64,000 bases of DNA, taken from the IMG/VR virus record IMGVR_UViG_3300035126_001036, positions 62,001 to 126,000 of that record; one strand, written 5' to 3'. Source of the stretch: an uncultured virus (IMG/VR IMGVR_UViG_3300035126_001036). Its lineage: Duplodnaviria; Heunggongvirae; Uroviricota; Caudoviricetes. The position numbers and the translations under genes were made by a program. This document shows, one piece after another, positions 47,901 to 57,059 of the stretch. How positions within the stretch are numbered: position 1 is the stretch's first letter; every line of letters starts with the position of its first letter. The notes below the pieces were generated by a model. It was not told the DNA's origin and did not search any database. It saw only the letters and a program-made list of their open reading frames with translations.

Positions 47901-49658
47901 GTTGGTTTTGGTTATACTAATGGGACCTTTACTAATGTTAATCTGGTTACAGAGACTGGATTTGGTCTAGGTGCAGTTGCAACTGTTGGTGTAGCTAATA
48001 GTGTTATTGGTTCTATTAATATTACTAATGGTGGGATTGGTTATAAGGTGGGCGATTCTCTTCTGATTCCACCTCTTGGACAAGGCCTAGGAATTAATGG
48101 TCGAATTACCGTTACCAATATTGCATCGCCTAACACATTTGTTCTCGATGAAGTACAAGGAACCTTTAATGTTGGGGTATCAACGGTCAACTTTATAAAT
48201 TCTTCTGGAATATCAAGTGCAATTGGAGCAGGTATTACAGTAACTTCCATTACCGAGGATCAATTCTTTGATGGTCTTCACATGAAGGTCTATCAACAAA
48301 ATCATGGTATGCATTCATTTGAAAATTATGTAGAAATTAATGATTTTAGACCACTTAATTCTGATACTAATTCTACAACATCATCTGAAATTACATCAAC
48401 CCAAAATACAATTCCACTTCAATCATCAGCTGGATTCAATATTTTTGAAGGGGTGACAGTAAGTCCAATAAATCCTGGTTATGCAATTATCGGTAATGAG
48501 GTCATCAGATACACTGCAATTTCCGGGAATACATTAACTGGTGTTACAAGAGCAGTTGATGGAACTCAGGCAATTGCATATGCGAATAATACTTTTGTTT
48601 ATAAGTATGAATTTAATGGAGTATCACTGAGAAGAATTAATAAAATTCACAATTTTGCGGAAGTAGATTCAGCCAATACTGGAAAATTCCCGATTGATTT
48701 GAATAGTTACTTCATTAAGATTGACATGAGTGATACCGATTTTGATGGAAAATCAATTGGAACTAACAGAGAAAACAATCTCTATTTCAGGCAGCATGTA
48801 CAAGGTGGACAAACCGGAACTGTTATTTCTAATAACATCCAGTACGAATCAATTACTCCAAATATTGCAAGTATTATTCCGGCAAAAACAAATATTTCAA
48901 CCAAAATTAGGACCTTCACTGGTTCTAGTGTTGGTGGAAATGAAAAGCCATTTATAGACAGAGGATTTGAAATTATTCCCCTTGATACGCAAACCTATTT
49001 CACAGAGCCAAAATTAATTTGCTCTTCTGTAAATGAAGAAAGATTTATTACTAACTCTCCTGGAAATAGATCATTGTCTTTTGAAATGCTATTTACAACC
49101 GATGATACTAGGGTTTCTCCGGTTGTTGATACAATTAATACCTCTGTTGCTCTAACATCAAACTTGATTAATAATTCAAATGGAATTGGCGAATTAGCAA
49201 CGTATTCAACCGATACTTTAGTGAGAGGAGATAATGATTCTCACGAGGCTATCTACATTTCAAAACCAACTCGTCTGAAAATCCCCGCCAATGCGATCAA
49301 GGTGATCTTAAGTGCAAGTCGCAATGATTTAAATGATGTTCGGGTTCTTTATCAAATTTTCCGAGATGATGAATCCAATGTTAATCCTTCCTTTGAACTA
49401 TTTCCTGGTTATAAAAATTATGTAGTCGATGGGTTTGGAATTAAGAGAGTTATTGATGTTTCTAAGAATGATGGATCTTCAGATTCGTTTGTCAAAGAAA
49501 CTTCAGATAGAACATTTAAGGATTATGAATATTCAGTGGATGATCTTCCTGATTTCAATGCATTTGCCATCAAAATTGTCATGGCAAGTAGTAACCAGGC
49601 GACACCCCCTCTGATTCGCCAACTCAGGGCAATCGCAACCATTAAACCGAGGATTTAA
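41925..49658 (+). CDS. VrlC-like / DUF4815 large virion structural protein
   Basis: MPQETNLNVSPYFDDFD..KNYYKVLFKP..VQARELN; APGADR; DPLAQSF. Confidence 0.85.
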   Translation: MPQETNLNVSPYFDDFDADKNYYKVLFKPTQPVQARELNSLQSILQNQVEQFGNHIFKEGSVVIPGQLSIDNPFHAVEIEPQFNGIPVSAYFNEILGKTIRGSLSGVSAKVVYVLDQRLSERNNYTLYVQYLESGGPNFENKVFLDGESIITENSITYSGITIQAGQEIVTTIAANSTSDGSAVNVASGVYFVRGVFARVNSQRILLDQYGTQPSYRVGFNIIERVVNALEDETLYDNSQGFSNYAAPGADRFQIELELKKYNINDNPDNFVEILRVINGQPQFFERNSQYSLIRDELARRTAETNGDYYVRPFTLFVRDSLNDRTLTNGIYFEEQRTVNGNTPSEDVMVYEIGPGKAYVNGYDVETISPRLLEVPKTRETKTLERQVIPYNAGQLIALNNVYGAPYIGIKTDTTVSLIDRRLGANKSVAVGTTIGVARVYDYVPESSYSDNTSILDLRLFDIQTFTKITLTTEITQATPALIKGKRSNASGFLYQNTSNSKELLLYQVSGQFSNNEPITINGIDNGRLISSVEDYSTSDIKSIYSTFSGNTFNADLVLENKILIAPSGSLFNITAASTGISTVSSGLSTDFLRTIKAGDVVSYAVQNLDDVVYNRIVSISPTGRSFTITGITTVPGICDGRLPSSNVTVTNIVKLTSSIYSENSSLLTQLNRSNISSISLDNSEIFQRRVFSNQTITSSTILLTITDEDVFFDGFDEDKYLISYSDGTIEPLRRDKFSPVGNSGKQVQFTGLTKASGTATVIATVKNIKPNSKAKTLNKANVLTISNSKLTSSGIGTTTLNDGLTYSQVYGTRVQDDEISLNVPDVVRVLAVYESSSTSDPQLPKLQFGSFSGQTNSNQDLFIGEQIIGKTSGAVGLIINRIGVDEIEYVYLNTFKFAEDEIITSKESKIQATVLSRTLGDNNVTQNFIFDDGQRETILDYSRIVRKRNVIEPSKKLKIVFQNYTIDANDTGEFVSVNSYQNEDFKHNIPYINNVRLSDYIDLRPRVAPYSASSRSPFEFISRNFAADGQYSNYVLAPENNLILSYSYYLPRIDVVFLNPNGTFEVVQGTPSDTPQLPEFKANAFDIAVLNIPPYVYDVKNILVNMSEHKRYRMDDISLLEERISRVEEFTVLSALESKTENFVIKDAETGLDRFKSGFFVDDFKNHAYHDLENPNFKSSIDKEKKILRPLHYTTSLDLQLGSEAISGIGQTFDPNADQSFVSDLGSIGIKKTGDLITLDYDEVVFHEQQFATKTESVTAFLVRYWSGLLNLNPPLDTWVDEKAITTNSFNRVRSVNRLPNANITVVNNVTENDVVFRKAPNSQAGIQPFDWIGNAQKRLAQGGKFDVAGAASQGSRRALVIGKNFRGETRTLEIVNGNTIRIDGLHWRTGDLALLTKYVPADVANQFINRMQAGGFAGRGGALEFTPPTIAETRKTSTTTKSTSNTITTVTPERIVERETQTSSLSHYTEPVRYLRNRNIEFVSKGLKPRTRFYPFFQGVDISNYVTPKLLEVEMVSGKFVVGETVVSDPTFTSQNVSFRLCTPNHKEGRFNNPTETFRFNPYNQQSFERSYSETSAVLNVDTRSMELASETRFFGQVAPRMRIIGRTSGAVATIRRIRLLSDNSGTLIGSFNVPDPNVRGNPRWINGENNFILIDTPSLDQIKLVEFIPNSRINESSAEAEFTSSAITNIAETNILTTRNIKIIPPRNINTTTITNVTTNTTTVSQNVVPSSVQIQQPYDPLAQSFYVFEDTGVFLTSVDVYFETSDSDNVPVTLQIRPLLAGVPSNIVVPFSEVTLTPDQINLSINGSVPTKFTFPSPVYLQGPQQQTVRQAPIASESSAEYAIVLISNSPNYRVFVTELGQNDIQSRIRITKQPTLGSMFKSQNGTVWTPSQLEDLKYKIYRAQFKNEGILKFFNPKLDIGNGKKTVTGPNQFEFLSKRIIVGLGSTGYSSVVQEGVTITQGSASATLIGISGRITTGAGAGTTISNVGFGYTNGTFTNVNLVTETGFGLGAVATVGVANSVIGSINITNGGIGYKVGDSLLIPPLGQGLGINGRITVTNIASPNTFVLDEVQGTFNVGVSTVNFINSSGISSAIGAGITVTSITEDQFFDGLHMKVYQQNHGMHSFENYVEINDFRPLNSDTNSTTSSEITSTQNTIPLQSSAGFNIFEGVTVSPINPGYAIIGNEVIRYTAISGNTLTGVTRAVDGTQAIAYANNTFVYKYEFNGVSLRRINKIHNFAEVDSANTGKFPIDLNSYFIKIDMSDTDFDGKSIGTNRENNLYFRQHVQGGQTGTVISNNIQYESITPNIASIIPAKTNISTKIRTFTGSSVGGNEKPFIDRGFEIIPLDTQTYFTEPKLICSSVNEERFITNSPGNRSLSFEMLFTTDDTRVSPVVDTINTSVALTSNLINNSNGIGELATYSTDTLVRGDNDSHEAIYISKPTRLKIPANAIKVILSASRNDLNDVRVLYQIFRDDESNVNPSFELFPGYKNYVVDGFGIKRVIDVSKNDGSSDSFVKETSDRTFKDYEYSVDDLPDFNAFAIKIVMASSNQATPPLIRQLRAIATIKPRI

Positions 49659-49660
49659 TT

Positions 49661-49882
49661 ATGTCTTATATCAAGGTAAAGGATAATGAACATCTTCTAA
49701 GAGATGTAGATTCTAATGGTATTATTAATAACAATACCGAAGAATATAAAAATTATGTTAATGCCTACATCAGGCAGATGAGTTCAAAGGCCAGAATAGA
49801 AGAATTGCAAAGTCAGGTTGATGATATTAGAAGTGATGTTAAAGAAATCAAAGAACTAATTTTAAAACTATTAAATAGTTAA
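49661..49882 (+). CDS. small coiled-coil protein
   Basis: 73 aa; typical position before gp13. Confidence 0.7.
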   Translation: MSYIKVKDNEHLLRDVDSNGIINNNTEEYKNYVNAYIRQMSSKARIEELQSQVDDIRSDVKEIKELILKLLNS

Positions 49883-49886
49883 AAAA

Positions 49887-50705
49887 ATGGCAAAACCATC
49901 TTCTAGACAAGAACTTGTAGATTATTGCAAAAGAAAACTGGGAGCACCGGTTTTGGAAATAAATGTTGCTGAAGAGCAAATTGATGATCTGGTTGATGAT
50001 GCAGTTCAATTCTTCCAAGAAAGACACTTTGATGGAGTTTCTCAGACTATTCTAAAATATGAGATAACCCAAGAAGATATTGACCGCGCCAGAGGAAGAA
50101 CCGGAGAAGGTACATACACCCAAGTTGGTATTGCAAAAACCTATACATATAAAGAAAATTCCAATTATATTGAAATTCCAGATCATATTATAGGTATTAA
50201 TAAGGTCTTTAAATTATTTGGAAGTCAGAGTCTTGGTTATGGAATGTTCAATTTTAAATATCAACTGTTTCTTAATGACATTTATTACTGGGGATCTACT
50301 GATATTTTAACCTATTTTATGACCAAGAGATATCTTGAAGACATGGACTGGATTTTAAGTCCAGATGCTATGGTTAGATTTAATAAAAGAGACTCTAAAC
50401 TTTATATCGATGTTGACTGGGCAACGGTTTCTCCTGGAAATATTTTACTTATTGATTGTTATAGAGTCCTGGATCCAACTGATTCAACAAAAGTATGGAA
50501 TGATAGTTTTCTTAAACCATACTTAACGGCCCTCATAAAAAGGCAATGGGGACAGAATCTTATTAAGTTTAGAGGTGTAAAACTTCCTGGTGGGGTTGAA
50601 TTAAATGGTCGGGAAATTTATGATGATGCCCAAAGAGAAATTGATATAATTATTGAACGCATGAGTTCCTCGTATGAGATGCCATGTTTCGATTTAGTTG
50701 GATAA
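49887..50705 (+). CDS. gp13: neck protein gp13
   Basis: YCKRKLGAPVLEINV; KRQWGQNLIKF.GVKLPGG. Confidence 0.95.
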   Translation: MAKPSSRQELVDYCKRKLGAPVLEINVAEEQIDDLVDDAVQFFQERHFDGVSQTILKYEITQEDIDRARGRTGEGTYTQVGIAKTYTYKENSNYIEIPDHIIGINKVFKLFGSQSLGYGMFNFKYQLFLNDIYYWGSTDILTYFMTKRYLEDMDWILSPDAMVRFNKRDSKLYIDVDWATVSPGNILLIDCYRVLDPTDSTKVWNDSFLKPYLTALIKRQWGQNLIKFRGVKLPGGVELNGREIYDDAQREIDIIIERMSSSYEMPCFDLVG

Positions 50706-50775
50706 TTTATGTTTTATAAATCTCTTTATTCTTTAGTCTCTCAGTAGTTTACCTAAATTAAGAATTCAGTAAAAA

Positions 50776-52182
50776 ATGTTAAATCCATTCTTTCTTCAGG
50801 GCTCAAAAACCGAGCAGGGTCTCATAAACGACCTAATAAAAGAAACGATCCAAATTCACGGGATAGATATTTATTATCTTCCTAGAGAATATGTCACAAA
50901 AAGAACTGTAATTAGAGAGGTTATAGAATCTAAATTTTCTTCTGCATATCCAATCGAGGCCTATATTGACACCTATGAAGGTTATGAAGGAGCCGGGGTT
51001 CTTCTCAGTAAGTTTGGAATTCAGCCTAATACGGACCTAAATTTGATTATTTCAAAAGAAAGATACGAAACCTATATTACTCCACTTTCAAAGACTAATC
51101 CAAAAATACCACTCCCAGAAAGACCAAAAGAGGGCGATTTGATTTGGTTTCCATTAGGAGATAGATTATTTGAAATTAAATTTGTTGAACATGAGACCCC
51201 ATTTTATCAGTTACAGAAAAATTATGTTTACAACCTAAGGTGTGAACTCTTTAGGTATCAAGATGAAATTATTGATACTGGATTTATCAATATTGACGAT
51301 AATATAAAGGATTCTGGATTCATTGAGGTTTATACAATGATTGGAATTGGATCCCAAGCATCTGCATCGGCAACTATTGTAAATGGTGGAGTTCGGTTTG
51401 TAACAATTACAAATAGAGGGGATGGGTATTCTTCCGCTCCTCTGGTTGTATTCGGGGATCCTCCACCGGGAGGTCAAACAGCAACTGGTATTGCAACCAT
51501 GATTTCTGGTATTGTTGATCTTTGTGAACCTGACGAAACTTTACAGAGAGTTCAGGGAGTTCAAATTACAAATGCCGGGTTTGGTTACACTGTTGCGCCT
51601 AGAGTAACTTTTATTGGTGGGGGTGGTGCCGGAGCCGAAGGATTTGCAACAATTGGCGATGGTATTGTTGGAATTGTAACAATCATCAATGGTGGATCTG
51701 GATACTCTTCCTCCCCACTAGTTACTTTTGTCGGAGCCGCAACAAGTACTGCTTCTGCAACTTCAGTATTGAATAATGGAGTTGTTTCACAAATACTTGT
51801 AAGCCATGCTGGTCTTGGCTATACCACAATTCCACAAGTTGTAATAGGGTCTCCATTTAGTTCTGGTTTTGGAACCTACATTTTCAATGAAGAAGTAGTT
51901 GGAAGTGCCTCCAGTATGACAGCAAGGGTCAGAGACTGGAACGCAACTACTTTACAGCTCCAGCTTGGAAATTCATCTGGAGAATTTTTACCAGGAGAAT
52001 TAATTGTTGGTCAAGAATCTGGCGCATCTTATCAGATCCGCCAGTCTCCAGAATTGTTGACAGTAGATGAGAGAGAAGAGCAAGGATTAATTGTTGATAA
52101 ATATAAACAAAATGATGATATTCAAATTGCGGCAAATGAAATTCTAGATTTTAGTGAAAGAAACCCCTTTGGTACACCATAA
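50776..52182 (+). CDS. gp14: neck protein gp14 with Gly-rich insertion
   Basis: LNPFFLQG..EQ.L; RPKEGDLIWFP; DFSERNPFG. Confidence 0.93.
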   Translation: MLNPFFLQGSKTEQGLINDLIKETIQIHGIDIYYLPREYVTKRTVIREVIESKFSSAYPIEAYIDTYEGYEGAGVLLSKFGIQPNTDLNLIISKERYETYITPLSKTNPKIPLPERPKEGDLIWFPLGDRLFEIKFVEHETPFYQLQKNYVYNLRCELFRYQDEIIDTGFINIDDNIKDSGFIEVYTMIGIGSQASASATIVNGGVRFVTITNRGDGYSSAPLVVFGDPPPGGQTATGIATMISGIVDLCEPDETLQRVQGVQITNAGFGYTVAPRVTFIGGGGAGAEGFATIGDGIVGIVTIINGGSGYSSSPLVTFVGAATSTASATSVLNNGVVSQILVSHAGLGYTTIPQVVIGSPFSSGFGTYIFNEEVVGSASSMTARVRDWNATTLQLQLGNSSGEFLPGELIVGQESGASYQIRQSPELLTVDEREEQGLIVDKYKQNDDIQIAANEILDFSERNPFGTP

Positions 52183-53183
52183 TGTTTGAGCACTTTTATT
52201 ACGAGGCCATAAGAAAAACTGTAATTGCTTTTGGCACTCTATTTAATAATATCTATATAAAGCACAAAAATGATGAAGGAAATGTTGTATCAACTCAAAG
52301 GGTTCCCTTTGCTTATGGTCCCACCCAAAAATTTCTGGCAAGGCTTGAGCAATCGCCCGATTTAAGTAAGCCAATTCAAATTACAACCCCAAGAATGTCA
52401 ATGGAGATTGTTGGGCTTTCTTATGATTCCCAACGAAAAGGAAATACCATGAGGGGATTTACCGCAAAAGATGAACAAGATAAGCCAAGAAAATCATATC
52501 TCCCGGTTCCCTATAATGTAAATTTTGAATTAAGTATTTTTACTAAGTTAGAGGATGATATGTTTCAAATTGTGGAACAAATTCTTCCTTATTTTCAACC
52601 ACATTATACAATTACAATCGTTGCAATAGAAGAAATTCAAGAGAAAAAAGATATTAAGTTTAATCTTGATAATATCTCAATTACTGATAATTATGAAGGA
52701 AACTTTGAGGATAGAAGGGCTCTTATCTGGACTTTGAAGTTCACCGCAAAGACCTATATGTTTCTTCCAGTCTCTTCGGACTCGATTGAATCCAGTATTA
52801 TTAACAGAGTTTCTATTGGATTTGCTGCTGGAAGTGATTCTTCTACTATTTCTAATGATATCAGAATTGCAGTAACACCAAGAGCAACTCAAAATTATAC
52901 AGGAACGGTGGTTACTAAAGTTTCTAAAGATGTTTTGTCTGGTGATCAGTTTATTGATGTAGAGGAATCTGTAAATCTTACAAAAGATACTCTTATTCAA
53001 ATTAATAATGAGACTCTTTATATCGAAGAAATTACAGGGACAACAATTAGAGTTCAAAGAGGAATTTTTGATACAAAACCCCAATTACATGTTCTTGGCT
53101 CCGATTTATTAAATATAACTACAGTAGATAACATACTCATTCCTCCAAATTCTAATTTTGGATTTCTCTCTGTTTTTAATTAA
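52182..53183 (+). CDS. gp15: tail sheath stabilizer/terminator gp15
   Basis: FGTLFNNI; VPFAYGP.QKFLARL; QIVEQILPYFQP. Confidence 0.95.
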   Translation: MFEHFYYEAIRKTVIAFGTLFNNIYIKHKNDEGNVVSTQRVPFAYGPTQKFLARLEQSPDLSKPIQITTPRMSMEIVGLSYDSQRKGNTMRGFTAKDEQDKPRKSYLPVPYNVNFELSIFTKLEDDMFQIVEQILPYFQPHYTITIVAIEEIQEKKDIKFNLDNISITDNYEGNFEDRRALIWTLKFTAKTYMFLPVSSDSIESSIINRVSIGFAAGSDSSTISNDIRIAVTPRATQNYTGTVVTKVSKDVLSGDQFIDVEESVNLTKDTLIQINNETLYIEEITGTTIRVQRGIFDTKPQLHVLGSDLLNITTVDNILIPPNSNFGFLSVFN

Positions 53184-53185
53184 TT

Positions 53186-53641
53186 ATGGCAACTAAAAAA
53201 TTCCAGGCTCTTAATGACACTTTTGAAATTGAAAGCGAGGTTGTTTCAACAGAAATTGAAAAGGTAGAACCCAAGTCAATAGTCAAGGGTTCTTCTGATA
53301 TTACAGCAGACTATGAGTATTCTAGGGCCACATTAATGTCCCTAGTCGAAAAGGGACAAGAAGCGATTAATAGTGTTTTAGAATTAGCACAAGAAACTGA
53401 TTCAGCAAGATCTTTTGAAGTGGTTGGACAATTAATCAAAACTGTTGCGGATGCTACAGAAAAACTTATGGAAAACCAGAAGAAACTTCGTGATCTTGAA
53501 GAGGAGAAAACTTCTGGAAATGTAACCAATAATGCACTTTTTGTTGGAACAACAAGTGAAGTATTGAATTTATTAAAAAATGAATTGAAAATTAAGCCTA
53601 ATAAAACCATAAATAATAAGAAGAACAAGGATCAACAATGA
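53186..53641 (+). CDS. gp16: terminase small subunit gp16
   Basis: DYEYSR..L..LVEKGQEA; RSFEV..QLIK; NNALFVGTT. Confidence 0.93.
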   Translation: MATKKFQALNDTFEIESEVVSTEIEKVEPKSIVKGSSDITADYEYSRATLMSLVEKGQEAINSVLELAQETDSARSFEVVGQLIKTVADATEKLMENQKKLRDLEEEKTSGNVTNNALFVGTTSEVLNLLKNELKIKPNKTINNKKNKDQQ

Positions 53642-54894
53642 AAAATCTTTCAGAAGACCATAAAGAAATTCAGTCAGGAAAAAAATTAGATGATGAAGGG
53701 TATATGGTTAAAGTGGAGATGGATAAAATAGAGCAATCTTTAGAAAAACTTCGGAAGATTATTAAAAAACCGGATATGCAACTTCCAGCCTGGGTGCAGA
53801 TGAAACTCACAAAATCGAGTGATTATTTGGATATTATTGCTGATTATTTGGCTTCTGATGTAAAAATGGAAGAGAATACTTCATTCACTATTAATAAAGA
53901 AAAGCATGAAAAAGTAAAATCTAGCGCAAACAGGACAAAAAAAATAGAAGGACTAACACGATCTCCAAATCCTAATGAAGCTAAAGTGGCCAAAGGAAAA
54001 TTGGGAACTCAACTTCCACCGATTGTCAAAGAAGAAACATCTCTTGTAGATAAAATCCTTTCTGAAATGCTAGGCGATAAGCCTGGAATAGATATCAAGA
54101 AAACAAAATCCTTAGATAAAATTGCAAAAAAACATAAAGTATCTGTTGAATACCTTGAAAAGCAATTAAAAAAAGGAATCAAAATTGAAATGGAGCACAC
54201 CACTGATAAGGGGGAGGCCGAAATTATTGCTCTTCATCACTTAGAAGAAATTCCTGATTATTATACCCATCTCAATAAGATGGAAAAAAGTGTTGAGATG
54301 GAAGAGGCTAAGAAATACATGACCAAAGATGAGGATCCTTGTTGGAAAGGTTATGAAATGGTCGGATTTAAAAAGAAAAGGGGTAAAAAAGTTCCTAATT
54401 GTGTTCCGGTGAGTGAAGCGACAACTCGCCTTCCAATGCAAACTGGTCAGCTTCTTAGAGTTTTGGTCAATTGGCGAGGAAAGCATCTATCGGTTCAAAT
54501 GTTCTTCCCACAACTTGGAACTCCAAAAAGAAATGAGATTGATTATGCGGTAAATCAGATTTATCCAGAAGCTAGAGTAATTTCTTATGTTCCTTGTGAG
54601 ATGGATTCTAGTACTCCGATTGTTCAGGTTAAGGAAGACTGGCAGAAAGTTAATAAAAAAGACAGAGTTGATGGAATGAGTCAGAAAGCCGTAAATACTT
54701 ACCGTAGAGAAAATCCAGGTTCTAAATTACAAACTGCTGTTACAGAAAAAAATCCAACTGGTAAAAGAATGCAGAGAAGGACTAATTATTGCACAAGATC
54801 CAAAGGTCAGCAAGAAATGCATAATATTAGTTGCTCTAAAACTCAAGATAAACCAATTTGTAAAGCAAGACGCCGCTGGAATTGTAAAAATTAA
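53638..54894 (+). CDS. modular conserved hypothetical protein with DUF5661-like segment
   Basis: KGIKIEMEHTTD..A..IALHHLEEIPDYYT; PCWKGYEMVG.K; YRRENPGSKL. Confidence 0.7.
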   Translation: MKNLSEDHKEIQSGKKLDDEGYMVKVEMDKIEQSLEKLRKIIKKPDMQLPAWVQMKLTKSSDYLDIIADYLASDVKMEENTSFTINKEKHEKVKSSANRTKKIEGLTRSPNPNEAKVAKGKLGTQLPPIVKEETSLVDKILSEMLGDKPGIDIKKTKSLDKIAKKHKVSVEYLEKQLKKGIKIEMEHTTDKGEAEIIALHHLEEIPDYYTHLNKMEKSVEMEEAKKYMTKDEDPCWKGYEMVGFKKKRGKKVPNCVPVSEATTRLPMQTGQLLRVLVNWRGKHLSVQMFFPQLGTPKRNEIDYAVNQIYPEARVISYVPCEMDSSTPIVQVKEDWQKVNKKDRVDGMSQKAVNTYRRENPGSKLQTAVTEKNPTGKRMQRRTNYCTRSKGQQEMHNISCSKTQDKPICKARRRWNCKN

Positions 54895-54903
54895 TTAATT
54901 ATT

Positions 54904-57009
54904 ATGTCTGATAAACATTATATGGGTAATCCGCTCTTAAAAAGAGCGAATGTTGCCAATGAGTTTTCTCAAGAACAATTATTTGAATTAGCAAAATGTG
55001 CGGTTGATCCAGTTTATTTTGCCAAAAATTATATAAAAATTGTTAACGTTGATGATGGCCTTGTACCATTTGATATGTGGCCTTTTCAAGAAAAGATGCT
55101 CAGAACTTTTCATGAGAACCGTTTTACCATTTGTAAACTACCTAGACAACCATTAGAAAATAATACCCCAATTCCAACACCAAATGGTTATACCAAAATT
55201 AAGGACCTAAAAATAGGGGATGTTGTTTATGATCTAAGTGGAAATAAAACAAAAGTATTAAACAAAGTAAGTTATAAAAACACAGAAAAGTGCTATAAAT
55301 TATCCTTTAAAGGTCAACATTTTGAGGAAGATATTGTTTGTGACAAGGATCATTTCTGGCGAGTTTATATAAATGAAAAACCAATTGTATTAACTGCTGA
55401 GCAGATTTCTTGTATTAAAGAAAAAATCACTCTACAAAGAACAAAATTTAATACATTAGTAAATAATTGGAATGAAAATATTGAATTAAAATCAATAAAA
55501 GAAGTTAAACCAACTAGTGTTTCCTGTATTGAAGTAGAAAATAAAGACCACTCTTTTTTATGTGGAAAGAATTTTATTCCAACTATTAATTCTGGGAAAA
55601 GCACTACTAGCGTTTCTTTCCTACTTCATTATGCTATTTTTAATGAAAAAGTATCCATAGCCATTCTTGCAAACAAAGCATCATCAGCAAAGGATATTCT
55701 CTCTAGGCTTCAAGTATCATTTGAAAATTTACCAAACTGGATGCAACCTGGAGTTAAGTCCTGGAATAAAACATCATTGGAATTAGATAATGGTTCTAAG
55801 ATCATCACAGCCTCTACCTCAGCATCATCGGTTCGTGGTGGTTCTTATAATATTATTTTTCTAGACGAATTTGCTTTCGTTCCAAATAATATAGCTGTCA
55901 ATTTTATGAATTCCGTATATCCTACTATTTCTTCTGGTAAAGAAACTAAAGTTATCATATGCAGCACTCCCCAGGGATTAAATTATTTCTATAAAATGTG
56001 GGATGAGGCAATAAAAAAATTAAACGATTATGTTCCTCTTGAAATTAATTGGAATGATGTTCCTGGAAGAGATGAAAAATGGAAAATAAAAACCATCGCA
56101 AACTTGGGTGGTGGAGAAGTGGGGGCAAGAGCCTTTGATCAAGAATTTTCATGTTCTTTCCTGGGATCATCAAATACCCTGGTTTCAGCATCAAAACTGT
56201 CATCAATGACTCATAAATCCCCAATAAGATCTAAAAAAGGTCTGGATATTTATGAAGATCCCATAGAAGGCCATCAATATATGATTAATGTTGACGTAGC
56301 AAGAGGAGTTGATCTTGATTATTCTGTATTTACAGTTATTGACATAACGAAAATGTCTTATAAATTAGTAGCAAAATATAGAGACAATCAAATTAAACCA
56401 ATTATGTTTCCATATATCATTAAAGATGCTGGTTTACATTATAATAAGGCATTTGTACTTTGTGAAACAAATGATGTGGGTGATCAGATCGCAACTGGAC
56501 TTCATTATGATCTTGAGTATCCAAATCTATTGACTTGTTTTATTAAAGGAAGAAAGGGACAGGTTTTGGGGCAGGGATTTGGTGGAGACAGAGTTGATTA
56601 TGGTGTAAAAATGTCCGCTAATGTGAAGAAAATCGGATCTCTCAATTTAAAAATGTTACTTGAATCAGATAAATTAATCATTGAAGATTATGACACGATC
56701 AGCGAACTCTTCACCTTTGTCCAAAAATCAAATACCTTTAAGGCCGAAGAAGGGAAAAATGACGACTTGGTTGATTGTCTTGTTACTTTTTCCTGGGCTT
56801 CCACCCAAGAATACTTCCGAGAAATCACTGATGACGATATAAGAAAAAGATTATTTAAAGAAAATGAAGAGCGTGAAGAAGATGACAGTATTTTACCAAT
56901 AGGTTTTATAGAAACCGGAATAGAGCCCGAGACCTTTGTTGAAAAAGATTTACTCTGGAATGTAGTTTCTCCGGATGAACTTGTTTCTTTGTGGGATTAT
57001 AGTTATTAA
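54904..57009 (+). CDS. gp17: terminase large subunit gp17, intein-containing
   Basis: KLPRQ|SGKST Walker A split by an insertion; LDEFAF; DDLVDCL. Confidence 0.95.
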   Translation: MSDKHYMGNPLLKRANVANEFSQEQLFELAKCAVDPVYFAKNYIKIVNVDDGLVPFDMWPFQEKMLRTFHENRFTICKLPRQPLENNTPIPTPNGYTKIKDLKIGDVVYDLSGNKTKVLNKVSYKNTEKCYKLSFKGQHFEEDIVCDKDHFWRVYINEKPIVLTAEQISCIKEKITLQRTKFNTLVNNWNENIELKSIKEVKPTSVSCIEVENKDHSFLCGKNFIPTINSGKSTTSVSFLLHYAIFNEKVSIAILANKASSAKDILSRLQVSFENLPNWMQPGVKSWNKTSLELDNGSKIITASTSASSVRGGSYNIIFLDEFAFVPNNIAVNFMNSVYPTISSGKETKVIICSTPQGLNYFYKMWDEAIKKLNDYVPLEINWNDVPGRDEKWKIKTIANLGGGEVGARAFDQEFSCSFLGSSNTLVSASKLSSMTHKSPIRSKKGLDIYEDPIEGHQYMINVDVARGVDLDYSVFTVIDITKMSYKLVAKYRDNQIKPIMFPYIIKDAGLHYNKAFVLCETNDVGDQIATGLHYDLEYPNLLTCFIKGRKGQVLGQGFGGDRVDYGVKMSANVKKIGSLNLKMLLESDKLIIEDYDTISELFTFVQKSNTFKAEEGKNDDLVDCLVTFSWASTQEYFREITDDDIRKRLFKENEEREEDDSILPIGFIETGIEPETFVEKDLLWNVVSPDELVSLWDYSY
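55150..55590 (+). mobile_element. mini-intein (147 aa) with class-3 signature
   Basis: Starts PLENNTPIPTPNG; DHFW (block B), VSCIEV (block F), PTIN/S (block G); no endonuclease domain. Confidence 0.88.
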
Positions 57010-57059
57010 GCTCTCCTTTTTTCTAAATAATTAATAGCAAGTATATAAAGGGAGTACAA

